NCBI GenBank assembly: GCA_951406725.2
Contig: OX597831.1
Location: 27,218,001-27,282,000 of the forward strand
DNA length: 64,000 nucleotides
Reading direction: 5' to 3'
Origin: Octopus vulgaris
Taxonomy: Eukaryota
Numbering within the stretch: the first letter of the stretch is position 1; each line of letters starts with the position of its first letter. Below are positions 52,418 to 64,000 of the stretch, one piece after another. Made by a program: the position numbers and the translations under genes. The notes under the pieces are model-generated. The model saw only the letters and a list, made by a program, of their open reading frames with translations, did no database searches and had not been told where the DNA came from.

Positions 52418-52518
<101 letters not shown>

Positions 52519-53140
52519 GCATGTGTGTATGTATGTATGTATGTATGTATGTATAATGTGTGTGTGGTAACTTTTTTTGCCACAATAACATGGCTGTTCT
52601 ATAAAGAACTATGTTACTACATTTTAACCTCTTTTCCAGCTGGTTAACGATACGCAAACTGTGTCCGATATACTGTGAGTATATATATATATAAACCCAC
52701 AACCACTACTCTTCCCTTTTGCATATTTGTACCGAATCAATGAGCTTGACGACGTTGATTTGTAAAAATAAATTGTAATGAAACTACATACGCCGTAGCA
52801 ATCTGCAAGTTAACGCACATTGATCTTCGTTTATCTCGGTCTCTCAATATATGCTGCATCAACGATGAAGAAGATGAGAGGCTGAAGGAGGGAGAAGAAA
52901 CCGTAAGTCAGACATCACAGAAAGATAATTTCAAATCTCTCTTTTCCTGATACCACCGCTCATTTATAACTTTCTGTGTATCTATTCTCTGCTAATACGA
53001 GTATTGCATTTTAAAGTTCATTCTTTGTAGACAGGACTATGTGAGTTGAGGAAGATCCCAATAGATGTTAAACTAACTTAACTTAGGAGAATAATAATAA
53101 TAATGTTTAACAAAACCTGAGATAATAATAATAATAATAA

Positions 53141-53308
53141 TAGGCGTAGGAGTGGCTGTGTGGTAAGTATTTGTTTACGAACTACATGGTTCCGGGTTCA
53201 GTTCCACTGTGTGGCACCTTGGGCAAGTGTCTTCTACTATAGCCCCGGGTCAACCAAAGCCTTGTGACTGGATTTGGTAGACAGAAACTGAAAGAAGCCC
53301 GTCGTATG

Positions 53309-53339
<31 letters not shown>

Positions 53340-53580
53340 ATATGTTGTGTGTGTGTGTGTGTTTGTGTGCCTGTGGTTGTTCCCCCATCATCGCTTGAAA
53401 ACCGATGCTGATGTGTTTACGTACACGTAACTTAGTGGTTCGGCAAAAGAGACCGATAGAATAAGTACTAGGCTTACAAAGAATGAGTCCTGTGGTCGAA
53501 TTGCTCGACTAAAGGCGGTGCTCCAGCATTGCCACTATCGACTGACTGAAGCAAGTAAAAGAGTGAAGAGTAAAAAAGTA
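53141..53580 (+). mobile_element. SINE family B, full length
   Basis: Full head and tail. Confidence 0.9.
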
Positions 53581-53595
53581 TAATAATAATAATAA

Positions 53596-53768
53596 TCCTT
53601 TCTACTATAGGCACAAGGCCTGAAATTTAGGGTGAGGGGACTAGTCGATTACATTGACTCCAGTGTATAACTGGTACTTAATTTATCGACCCCGAAAGGA
53701 TGAAAGGCAAAGTCGACCTCGGCGGAATTTGAACTCAGAACGTGCTAATGATTCTGATAGCTCGCGCC
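53596..53768 (-). mobile_element. SINE A (alternative tail)
   Basis: Family A core on minus strand. Confidence 0.8.
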
Positions 53769-54034
53769 AAATTCGGATCTCCTTTCACCAGTATCGGGGA
53801 ATCCGGCAAAGAGTTTGACCAGAACATACACAAACGCACTCACATACTCATATGCATCCTAACACAGCGGACATCCACCCAATAAATCCATTTTTGCACC
53901 CCCACCAGTATAAGCCCTTACACATATAGTACTCCTACACATGCTCCATACATAAACAAACATTTCACAGAATTTAACCAAAACAAACAAAACACACACG
54001 AACGAACACACAGGTACTTATGCGACCTTTCTTC

Positions 54035-54346
54035 TTTCTTCGTTTCGCCCTTTTCAAGCCTAACCAGGCTCATGGGTCCGTTTTCCCAGTTTCTATGGCG
54101 TATGTGTTCCCCCCAGCTGGACGGGACGCCACTCTATCGCAACGTTACTAAAAAACAGGAAGAAAGAGTGAGAGAAAGTTGGAGCGAAAGAGTATAACAG
54201 GGGTCGCCACCATCCCCTGCCGGAGCCTCGTGGAGCTTTAGGTGTTCTCGCTCAATAAACACACACAACGCCCGGTCTGGGAATCGAAACCGTGATCCTC
54301 CGACCGCGAGTCCGCTGCCCTAACCACTGGGCCATTGCGCCTCCAC
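54035..54346 (-). mobile_element. SINE family C, full length
   Basis: Minus strand GGAGGCGCAATGGCCCAGTGGTTAGGGCAGCGGACTCGCGG...GGTTTCGATTCC. Confidence 0.8.
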
Positions 54347-54726
54347 TATGCGGCCTTTGGGCACCTCAAACCGAAAACGCTACACATATAGAACCACTGT
54401 ACGCATTCTAACTCTACAAGAACACCACCCCCAAAACGTACACACATTTCCAGAAAACTCTTCCCGTCTTGCAACACCTCCAGATGCATGGGTTTCCCAC
54501 CCCCTTTTGTTTTTTGGTGCCAAGGGACATGACCAGAAACCGGATGTGTCCCTTCACCTCACCTCCAACAATCGAAAGCAGTTACTATATTTACTTCCAT
54601 AACTGCCATCTCGCAAGAGTTCCGGGTTACGTAAAGGACTGTTTTCTAACAACACGTTGAACCCCCACTCCCCGGTGCAAAACCGACGGGTAAGATCGGC
54701 CGTAATGGATAATGCTTTACACTTTG

Positions 54727-54764
<38 letters not shown>

Positions 54765-54808
54765 TGATGATGATGATGATGATGATAATGATGATGATGA
54801 TGATGGTC

Positions 54809-54855
<47 letters not shown>

Positions 54856-54870
54856 AGTAATAATAATAAT

Positions 54871-54911
<41 letters not shown>

Positions 54912-55091
54912 CATGATAGATCACTAGCCACTACACATTCTTTATTTTCTTTCTGTGTTCTTTTCTGTGGAAGAGCGTAGGCTCGAAACGTTAAAGACAG
55001 TTTTACTTCCCGAGCGTTATACTAATACATGTTTGTTGTCTACACCACCTGTCTTCGTCTTTTGTTTTTTTTTTTTGTTTTTGTGAATTCT

Positions 55092-55095
<4 letters not shown>
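54912..55095 (+). mobile_element. TA-embedded small element with hammerhead-like motif (family P1)
   Basis: Third copy of 545-737. Confidence 0.6.
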
Positions 55096-55166
<71 letters not shown>

Positions 55167-55259
55167 GTATACATGTGTTAATCAATGAAATATAACTTAT
55201 ATATATATATATCATGTTTTATATATATATATATATATATTTACAATATATGAAATATA

Positions 55260-55334
<75 letters not shown>

Positions 55335-55728
55335 TGTATATATATATATAGAGAGAGAGAGGGAGAATTCACCAAACATATATATATATTCGAATTTGAA
55401 TCCTGTGTTAATCAATGAAATTCCAACTTAGGAGCAAAACGAATAAATTGCAACGCAGACTTCAACACGACGGGTTGGAGCCTTCTGTCATGATAACGCA
55501 TGCTGATGCAGGTGAGGCTATTATGCCAGTCCAGAAACCGGTCCACATGGGTTCAGATACTTGAATGTATGCTGAAATATTGTCTTGGCCCGTTTGCCTT
55601 TGGACGGTTGATTTCTGTAGTTACTATCAGTGTATTTTGGTGATTTAAATAAGACTTTTGATTGTTATTTACAGCAGGTAGATATAGTTAGTATGTCCTT
55701 TGATTAATTTTAATTATATGCATATATA

Positions 55729-56088
55729 TAGGCGCAGGAGTGGCTGTGTGGTAAGTAGCTTGTTTACCAACCACATGGTTCCGGGTTCAGTCCCACTGCG
55801 TGGCACTTTGGGTTAGTGTCTTCTACTATAGCCTCGGGCCGACTAAAGCCTTGTGAGTGGATTTAGTAGACGGAAACTGAAAGAGGCCCGTCGTATATAT
55901 GTATATATATATATATATTTGTGAGTGTGTTTGTGTGTCTGTGTTTGTCCCCCCCCCCCCCCCACCAACATCGCTTGACAACCGATGCTGTAACTTACCG
56001 GTTCGGCAAAAGAGACCGATAGAATAAGTACTAGGCTTACAAAGAATAAGTCCTGGGGTCGATTTACTCGATGACTGAAACAAGTAAA

Positions 56089-56090
<2 letters not shown>
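55729..56090 (+). mobile_element. SINE family B
   Basis: Head TAGGCGCAGGAGTGGCTGTGTGG, partly deleted tail. Confidence 0.85.
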
Positions 56091-56128
<38 letters not shown>

Positions 56129-56299
56129 GTATGTGTGTTTGAGTGTGTGTGTGTGAGCGTGTGTATGTATGTGTGCGAGTGTATAACTGTATGCCAGTGT
56201 TAGTGGTAGTAGTAGTAGGGGTGTTTTTTTTTGCGTCAGTCACTCTGGGGCCAGCGACAAAGTAAAAAATTATGCAATTCTTGTCGATGCCGAAGACGC

Positions 56300-56573
56300 T
56301 GCTGCTGCTGCTGATGATGATGATGATGAAGATGAGGATGAGGATGAGGATGATGATGGTGATGATGATGATGATGATGATGATGAAGATGATGATGATG
56401 GTAATGATAATGATGATGATGGTGATGGTGATGATGGAAGATGATGATGGTGATGATGAAGAAGATGATGATGAGGATGATAATGATGATGATGGTGATG
56501 GTAATGATGAAGATGATGAAGATGCTGGTGAAGATGCTGGTGAAGATGCTGGTGAAGATGATGATGATGACGG

Positions 56574-56605
<32 letters not shown>

Positions 56606-56950
56606 TTGATGATGATGATTCTGTTGCCTGCGTTATCATTAATCTTTGTTATTGTTCCTGTTGCTGTTGACGATGTTATTTTGTTGTTGTTGCTTTTGTT
56701 GTTGTTGTTGTTGTTATATTTTTGCTGCTTTTCTTTTATTGTTGCAATTTCGGTTGTTGTTGTTGCTTGCCAATATTCACTGTTGTTTTCTGTTTTTTTT
56801 TCATTGCCTTTTTTTCTTGTTGTTGATAGTTTCATTATTGTTGTTGTTGCTGTTGTGATTGTTGTTATTATCGTTATTGTTGTTATATTTATTCTTTCCA
56901 TTGTCTTTGCTGTTATTATCATAACTTGTTGTTGTTGTTGGTGTTGTTAA
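56300..56950. repeat. (GAT)n then (GTT)n-rich low-complexity tract
   Basis: Direct inspection. Confidence 0.9.
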
Positions 56951-57979
56951 CCAAGATGTTTACGTTCTACCAGAAATTGACCGGAAACTAATTGAGAATA
57001 TCAATTAATAGCAATATAACCCTAATTAGCAAATTTATTCTTCTTTTTGCTTGTTGATTTTTTGCTTTTTTTTTGCTGTTTTTATTATTGTTACTATTGT
57101 TCTTGTTCTTGTTATCATTAGAATTTTCCATAATTTCCATAATAATTACCAAAACTGCTTCTAATATAGTGCTTCGTCGTCGTCGTCGTCATCATCATCA
57201 TCATCATCATCATAACCAACACTGTCATCTTCCTTCATATCATCACCACCACCACCACCACCACCACCACCACCACCGCCACCACAACCACCACCACCAC
57301 CAAATTCCGTCGAGGTCGACTTTGCCTTTTTATCCTTTCGGGCTCGATAAATTTAAGTACCAGTTGCGTACTGCAGCCGATCTACTCGATGGCCCCCACC
57401 CCTCCCCCAAAATTTTGGGCCTTGTGCCTAGAGTAGAAAAGAATATGTATCGAATTATACATAGATGTATACAAGATTCACACAGATATAAAAGTTAGAA
57501 CTTGTGATCCGCCCGTGGATCTTTTTCTTTCGAAATTTTTCCCCGCCGCACTAAAAAGTTTCCTCACCCCTGGTTTACAGCTTAACCCTGAGCAGCCACC
57601 AACAAATTCCCCGTTTTCCTTATTTAAATCTCCATTCTGGTGTCACTCCTACGATCGCTCATATTTTTCACATTCTTGGAGCCTCCGTAGAACTATCCAT
57701 ATAACTACATTTTTCTAGCACTTCCTTTCACAAATTATTCAGCTTTGGTATGTTTTCTACTCTTGTTGTTCCACACAAATAAGTCCTTGTTCTATTGCTT
57801 CATGTTTGACCAGTCTTTGGCTCTTTTCAAGGCAGTGGTTTATTCATCTTTGCTCTCCTTTCACACGAAAGTCTTCTCTCGTTAAGCTACTGTTTCATGT
57901 ATAATTGACTAACATTTGCCTTCAAACGAAGCACTCTATGTATAGTTGGGATTCTTTTCTCGTGTTTCAGTCTATTGCC

Positions 57980-58195
57980 TGTGGAGCTGCGTGGTTTAGT
58001 GGTCGGGGTGTTGGACTCATTGATCGTAAGATTGTGGTTTCGATTCCAAGACCAGGCGACGCGTTGTATTCTTGAGCAAAAATATACTTTATTTGACATT
58101 GTTCCAGTCCACTCAGTTGCCAAAAATGAGTTATCCTGCGACGGACCGGCGTCCCATCCAGGTGGGGGAATATATAACACCATGGAAACCGGGAA
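57980..58195 (+). mobile_element. tRNA-derived SINE (family D head, C-like tail)
   Basis: A box TGGTTTAGTGG, B box GGTTTCGATTCC, TTCTTGAGCAAAA.ACTTTATT. Confidence 0.65.
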
Positions 58196-58411
58196 CTTCA
58201 TTTTCCATCCTGTTCACCTAACATACGACTGCAACCACTCACTACTTGACTGTATTTATCGAATTCATTGAATTAAATTTGAACTTCAATGCAATCTTTA
58301 ATCCTTTCGAACATATTGTTTTCGCTTTTTACTTAATTTCCTGGGAAATGATATCACAGAGTTTCTGCATGCCTAGATACATCTAGCTACTGTCATCACA
58401 TTCTAAATACC

Positions 58412-58834
58412 TATTTCTTTATTACCCAGAAGGGGCCAAACACAGAGGGGACAAAAAAGGACAGACATAGGTATTATTAAGTCGATTACATCGATCCCAG
58501 TGCGTAACTGGTACTTAATTTATCGACCCCGAAAGGATGAAAGGCAAAGTCGACCTCGGCGGAATTTGAACTCACAACGTAACGGCAGACGAAATATCTA
58601 TTTCTTTACTACCCACAAGGGGCTAAACACAGAGGGGACAAACAAGGACAGACATAGGTATTATTAAGTCGATTACATCGACCCCCAGTGCGTAACTGGT
58701 ACTTAATTTATCGACCCCGAAAGGATGAGAGGCAAAGTCGACCTCGGCGGAATTTGAACTCACAACGTAACGGCAGACGAAATACCGCTAAGCATTTCGC
58801 CCGGCGTGCTAACGTTTCTGCCAGCTCGCCGCCT
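58412..58834 (-). mobile_element. SINE A dimer
   Basis: 17-bp TSD ATCACATTCTAAATACC at 58395-58411 and 58840-58856. Confidence 0.9.
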
Positions 58835-59077
58835 TCTAAATCACATTCTAAATACCATTCTACATATGAGAAGCTCACACATTTTCCATGCACCAACTTT
58901 CATTCCAGTTTCCCTGCAACACACTTTTACTACCTTAATGGAATTGTTCTCTTGGTCCCTGACTTTCCATCACACGCCCTCATAACTATACTTACCCCCC
59001 TGTAATACATATCTTTTCATGCACCCAACTACATTATATAGAGTAGTACTTCAATAGAAACTACAGACTACAGATGA

Positions 59078-59562
59078 AGGCGGCGAGCTGGCAGAAACGT
59101 TAGCACGCCGGGCGAAATGCTTAGCGGTATTTCGTCTGTCGCTACGTTCTGAGTTCAAATTCCGCCGAAGTCGACTTTGCCTTTCATCCTTTCGGGGGTC
59201 GATAAATTAAGTACCAGTTACGCACTGGGGTCGATGTAATCGACATAATACCCATGTCTGTCCTTGTTTGTCCCCTCTATGTTTAGCCCCTTGTGGGTAA
59301 TAAAGAAATAAGTATTTCGTCTGTCGCTACGTTCTGAGTTCAAATTCCGCCGAGGTATACTTTGCCTTTCATCCTTTCGGGGGTCGATAAATTAAGTAGC
59401 TGTTACGCACTGGAGTCGATGTAATCGACTTAATACGTTCTTCTGTCCTTGTTTGTCCCTCTGTGTTTAGCCCCTTGTGGGTAGTAAAGAAATAGGTATT
59501 TCGTCTGCCGTTACGTTCAGAGTTCAGATTCCACCGAGGTCGACTTTGCCTTTCAAGAAATA
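59078..59562 (+). mobile_element. SINE A trimer (third unit truncated)
   Basis: 15-bp TSD AGAAACTACAGACTA at 59056-59070 and 59563-59577. Confidence 0.9.
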
Positions 59563-59901
59563 AGAAACTACAGACTAATTGTTATATTCCGCAGTCCTAA
59601 TTACTAACCACCCAGGTATTTCCTCTTCTCATTCCAACTCATCTTTTATAGATAACACATTATTTTAATTCATTCCACATCGATTATTTATTGAGATCTA
59701 CCATCAAAGACATAAACACCTTTAAAACAGCTATTCACATATTTTCATAGCATCAAATATTTATACACACACACTGTGGTTTCTGTGTGGCATGGTGTGA
59801 TCGTATGATGTATGGTCGTAGCGTGTGGCGATAGTCTCTAAGGCAATGTATAGGTGCATGTGTTAGTGTATGTGTACGTGTGGTGATGTGTGCATGTGGT
59901 G

Positions 59902-59935
<34 letters not shown>

Positions 59936-60640
59936 TGTATGATGGTGTACAGGAGTGTAATAGAATGGCAAAAAATAAATGGAATATTCTTCGTATTCTT
60001 TAGAAATTCTTTAGAAATTACCACATGGGATTTCCTCCTTTCTTTCTATGACGTCATGATTATTTGTGATTCCTTGGAGGAGATTTTCCTCTGATACGTG
60101 ACGTCATAGACATGTACACCACCACCACCACCACCACCACCTCCTCCAACAAGAACAACAACAACTCCGTCATCACCACAATTACTCTATACAATTGGCA
60201 GAAGCGTATGAGTGTGTGTATATGGAGAGGGCGTGGGGAGAATGTGCGTATAATATAAAAAATAATAAAAAAACTTTCTCCTTCCACACGTTGTTAATGT
60301 GAATTAGCTTTCAGGGTGGTCACCAGCCTGAAAACTAATCCTACACATAACGATTCTGTAGGATCTCCCATACGTCATAAAGATTCTTTATTTTTTTTAA
60401 GAGAGAGAAAAAAAAAACAAGAAAAACACGAAATTAAAAAAACCTTCCTAGCAATTATTATTCGAAAACTCCCTGTGAGTGTTTTCGAAATCTTAAAACC
60501 AAAGAGTAAAGGAAGTTAAGTCTTATTTATTTGGTCAAAATGTTATTTATAATCTATAATCAACGGAGACTGGCGGGGATTGGAGTGGATGGAGCTGGCT
60601 TTTAAAAACCAGTGGTGGAAGGAGGGGGGAGGAGGAGGAA

Positions 60641-60696
<56 letters not shown>

Positions 60697-60798
60697 TAAT
60701 GAGTATGTTTCAATGTTTGTGTTGTTTTGAAATAGAAAACAATCTCTCCTGAGGTTTCTCAGGTATTTTCCCTCTGACGTTTCATCAACATATACTTG

Positions 60799-60857
<59 letters not shown>

Positions 60858-60887
60858 GTATGTATTATATATATATATATATGTATG

Positions 60888-60980
<93 letters not shown>

Positions 60981-61505
60981 TATATATGTATATATGTATG
61001 TATGTATATATATATACAAGTACGTACATACATTACATTGTGCTTCACTGAAGAGATCTTAACATGAGAGGACAAACAAGATCGTGCCATTTGCAAAGTA
61101 AACAGATGTTTTGTCTCTCTTCAACAGACAACACAACAGAATCGGCACGAACTGGTGATGATGGCATCTCCAAGTACTTAAAGAGATGCCACTGCTTTTC
61201 TCTTTCTCCTCGACCTCCTTATCATGACCATCATCATGACCATCATCATCATCATCATCATCAATATCATCAATATCATCATCATCATCATCATCATCTC
61301 CTCTGTCGTCGTCATCATCATCATTCTCTTTTTCGCCCATCCGCTTCATTCTCCTCCACTTCGCTCCAGCCTCTTCATCTTCTTTCTTTCTGTCTTTCTT
61401 TCTCCTCACCTTTTCTCAACACCATCGCCGCCGCCGTCACCACTACCTCTGTTGCAACAGCTGCCGCCGCCACCACTACCACCACCACCGCTGCTGCTGC
61501 TGCTG

Positions 61506-61551
<46 letters not shown>

Positions 61552-62071
61552 CACCTCCACCACCAACCCACCACTGCAGCTGTCGGTGGAATCGTTAGAA
61601 CACCGGGGGGGGGGGGAATTGCCCTGTAACAATTTCTTCTTTCTAGTTTTTTTTTTATTTGTGTTCTGAGATCAAATCCCGCCGAAGTCAGCTCTGCCTT
61701 TCATTCATTCGCGGGGGCAATAGAATACAGTATTTGTCAAGTATTGGGATCGATGATATCGACTAACCCCTTCTCCTCAATATGTGCCTCTTGGTCTTGT
61801 GCCCCTAAATTAGAAACAAACCAGAAGCGTTAACGAGTCGGAAAATATGCCTTGCCGAATTTCTTCCGGTTCCTCATCTTCTGAGTTCAAATTCCATTGA
61901 ATTTAAGTTTGCCTTTCAGCCTTCCGGGGGTCAATGAAATTAAGTACCAGTCAAATATTGAGATCAATAGTATCGATCCTTAGAGATTCCGGCCTTCTGC
62001 TTAAATCATAAACCATCACTATTGTCGTCATCACCACCACCACCACCACGCCCGTCGTCATCATCATCATT

Positions 62072-62108
<37 letters not shown>

Positions 62109-62122
62109 CCACCACCACCACC

Positions 62123-62156
<34 letters not shown>

Positions 62157-62188
62157 TCATCATCACCATCATCATCACCACCACCACC

Positions 62189-62268
<80 letters not shown>

Positions 62269-62279
62269 TGCTGTAGCAT

Positions 62280-62608
62280 CACGAAGGACCGGGTGGATTG
62301 GACGAAGAGGTCCGGTAGAATACCCTTCACGTTCATCGGACCTCACACCTCTAGGGTGGATACTGAAATGATAAAGTTTACGATACAAAACCAGCTAAAA
62401 CCGACGAATTGAAGGTGAACACTAAACAAGAATGATGACCACAAATGCCGAATGAAGTATCGCTTGTTTGCGATTCCATTGCCTCGCGTTATCCGCAGAG
62501 CGTGTACCAGAATCATCATCAGTGTGACCTCAGGTGTTCATGAAGAAAGCAATTAAATTCTGCCCTCAATTTTTAATCATTCAAGGTTTACTTTTATTTC
62601 GGGCACCC

Positions 62609-62612
<4 letters not shown>
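62280..62612 (+). mobile_element. Decayed Tc1/mariner 3' fragment (WIGR..P-type, DD41D-like)
   Basis: Manual translation GWIGRRGPVEYPSRSSDLTPL...KVYDTKPAKTDELK matches the WIGRGGP..WPPRSPDLTPLD motif; terminus GGGCACCCAG-TA. Confidence 0.65.
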
Positions 62613-62643
<31 letters not shown>

Positions 62644-62661
62644 TTATTTATATATATTACA

Positions 62662-63060
62662 CTAGCAGTATCGCCCGGCGTTGCTCGGGTTTGTAAGGGA
62701 AATAACTATATAAGCATTTTTAGAGATGTAAAGTATAATAGCCATCTCAATATGGCTAACCACAAAGGGGGGGGGGTGTTACTGTAGCTTTTTACGTTCT
62801 GAGATTTAATAATAAATTTTTAGAGAGTTACTTCCCTTATATATGCCAAAAATGCATTAAAAATGTGAAAAATTGATGGTAAATTTTTTTAAAAATCGTA
62901 GACTCATCGTAGACGCACGCTAATACACAGAAGGGCTCGATATGAATCGCGACTATAAGATACCCGGTTTTGGTTAAACTGCACCGCAAAATGTGGGAGA
63001 AGTTAGGAATCTAAATCGTAGGAGACAGACAGCACACAACCTCTTTTTTATATATAAAGA
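62662..63060 (-). mobile_element. Non-autonomous Helitron
   Basis: Minus strand 5'-TCTTTATATAT..., 3' hairpin CCCGAGCAACGCCGGG then CTAG; A/T insertion site; no TSD. Confidence 0.8.
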
Positions 63061-63146
63061 TATCACACACATATATATCACACCGCGTGTGTATCGTTGG
63101 CGATTTTCTTTCTCCGTCTTCCCTTCCTTGGACCTTTCCTTTTTCT

Positions 63147-63185
63147 AGGTTTCTGACGAAGAGCTTCGCTCGAAACGTTAAATCT
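63147..63185 (+). ncRNA. Minimal type I hammerhead ribozyme motif in TA-embedded element P2 (63083-63280)
   Basis: AGGTTT-CTGACGA-A-GAGC(TTC)GCTC-GAAACGTT-AAATCT. Confidence 0.6.
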
Positions 63186-63340
63186 TCCTTCTTTCTTTCC
63201 TTTCCTGACCGTCCAATAACACTATGTTCCATGTCCCCGCGTTGTGTTTTCTCTTTCTGTTTTCACGTTTGGATTAACTACATATACATACATACATACA
63301 TACATACATACATACATACATACATACATACATACATACA

Positions 63341-63371
<31 letters not shown>

Positions 63372-63464
63372 CACACACACACATATATATATATACATAC
63401 ACACATATATACATATATATATCACACACACATACACATATATATATAGATATACATATATATT

Positions 63465-64000
63465 CTTTTGTTTCTCTCATTTGCCAGCGGCTATGCTGGA
63501 GCACCATCTTGAAGGATTTTAGTCGGACAAATCGACCCCAGGAATTATTTTTTAAGCCTAGTACTTATTCTATCGGTTCCTTTTGCCGAACCGCTAGTTC
63601 ACGAGGAGAAGTTAAACACACCAACACCGGTTGTCAAGCAATAATCGGGGGACAAATAAAGAACACGCACATAGATACGTACATATATAGGACCACTCCG
63701 TCAGTTACGACGATGTGGGTCCCAGCTGATACGATCAACGGAACAGCTCGTGAAATTAACGACATGTAGTTCATGGGAGATTCAGCGTGACAAGGCTGGC
63801 CCTTTGAAATATAGGTACTACTCATTTTTGCGAGCTGAGTGGATTGGAGCAATGTGAAATAAAATGTCTAGCTCAAGGATACAACGCGTCGCCGGGAATT
63901 GAACTTGCGACCTTACGATCGTGAGCCGAATGCTCCTAACCACTAAGCCACGCGCCTTCACAGAAAGACAGAAACTGAAAGAAGCCTGTTGTATATATGT
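63465..64000 (-). mobile_element. SINE B 3' half with nested family D SINE (63690-63960)
   Basis: Family B tail at 63465-63660; D head GAAGGCGCGTGGCTTAGTGG on minus strand. Confidence 0.7.

Noticed and set aside
57780-57960. Possible Tc1 N-terminal relic
   Set aside because: Too degraded to support
62280-62390. Host exon on the minus strand (IHPRGVRSDEREG...)
   Set aside because: Better explained by a plus-strand transposase motif and a TIR-like end

Overview
Repeat-saturated, AT-rich eukaryotic non-coding DNA (intron or intergenic). It is most likely an octopus/coleoid cephalopod genome, inferred from the SINE families, the extreme microsatellite load and TTAGGG repeats. No intact host protein-coding gene can be supported, and almost all long ORFs are microsatellite artefacts. 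Recognisable content: about four tRNA-derived SINE families (labelled A-D here, dozens of copies, several with TSDs), CR1/L2-group, L1/Tx1 and RTE-type LINE remnants, four Tc1/mariner lineages (DD34D, D36E, D37D and a WIGR..P-type), two non-autonomous Helitrons, and a ~23-copy minisatellite. The most interesting structures are five. (1) Two nested GGATCT-terminated elements with 8-bp TSDs (Merlin-like); the inner one is a ~890-bp foldback carrying telomeric (CCCTAA)n...(TTAGGG)n tracts. (2) About 10 minimal or variant hammerhead-ribozyme motifs in small Penelope-like elements embedded in (TA)n. (3) SINE A head-to-tail multimers with an invariant self-complementary junction inside single TSD pairs. 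(4) SINE tails matching 3' ends of LINE remnants in the same window. (5) A duplicated 30-nt micro-exon candidate.
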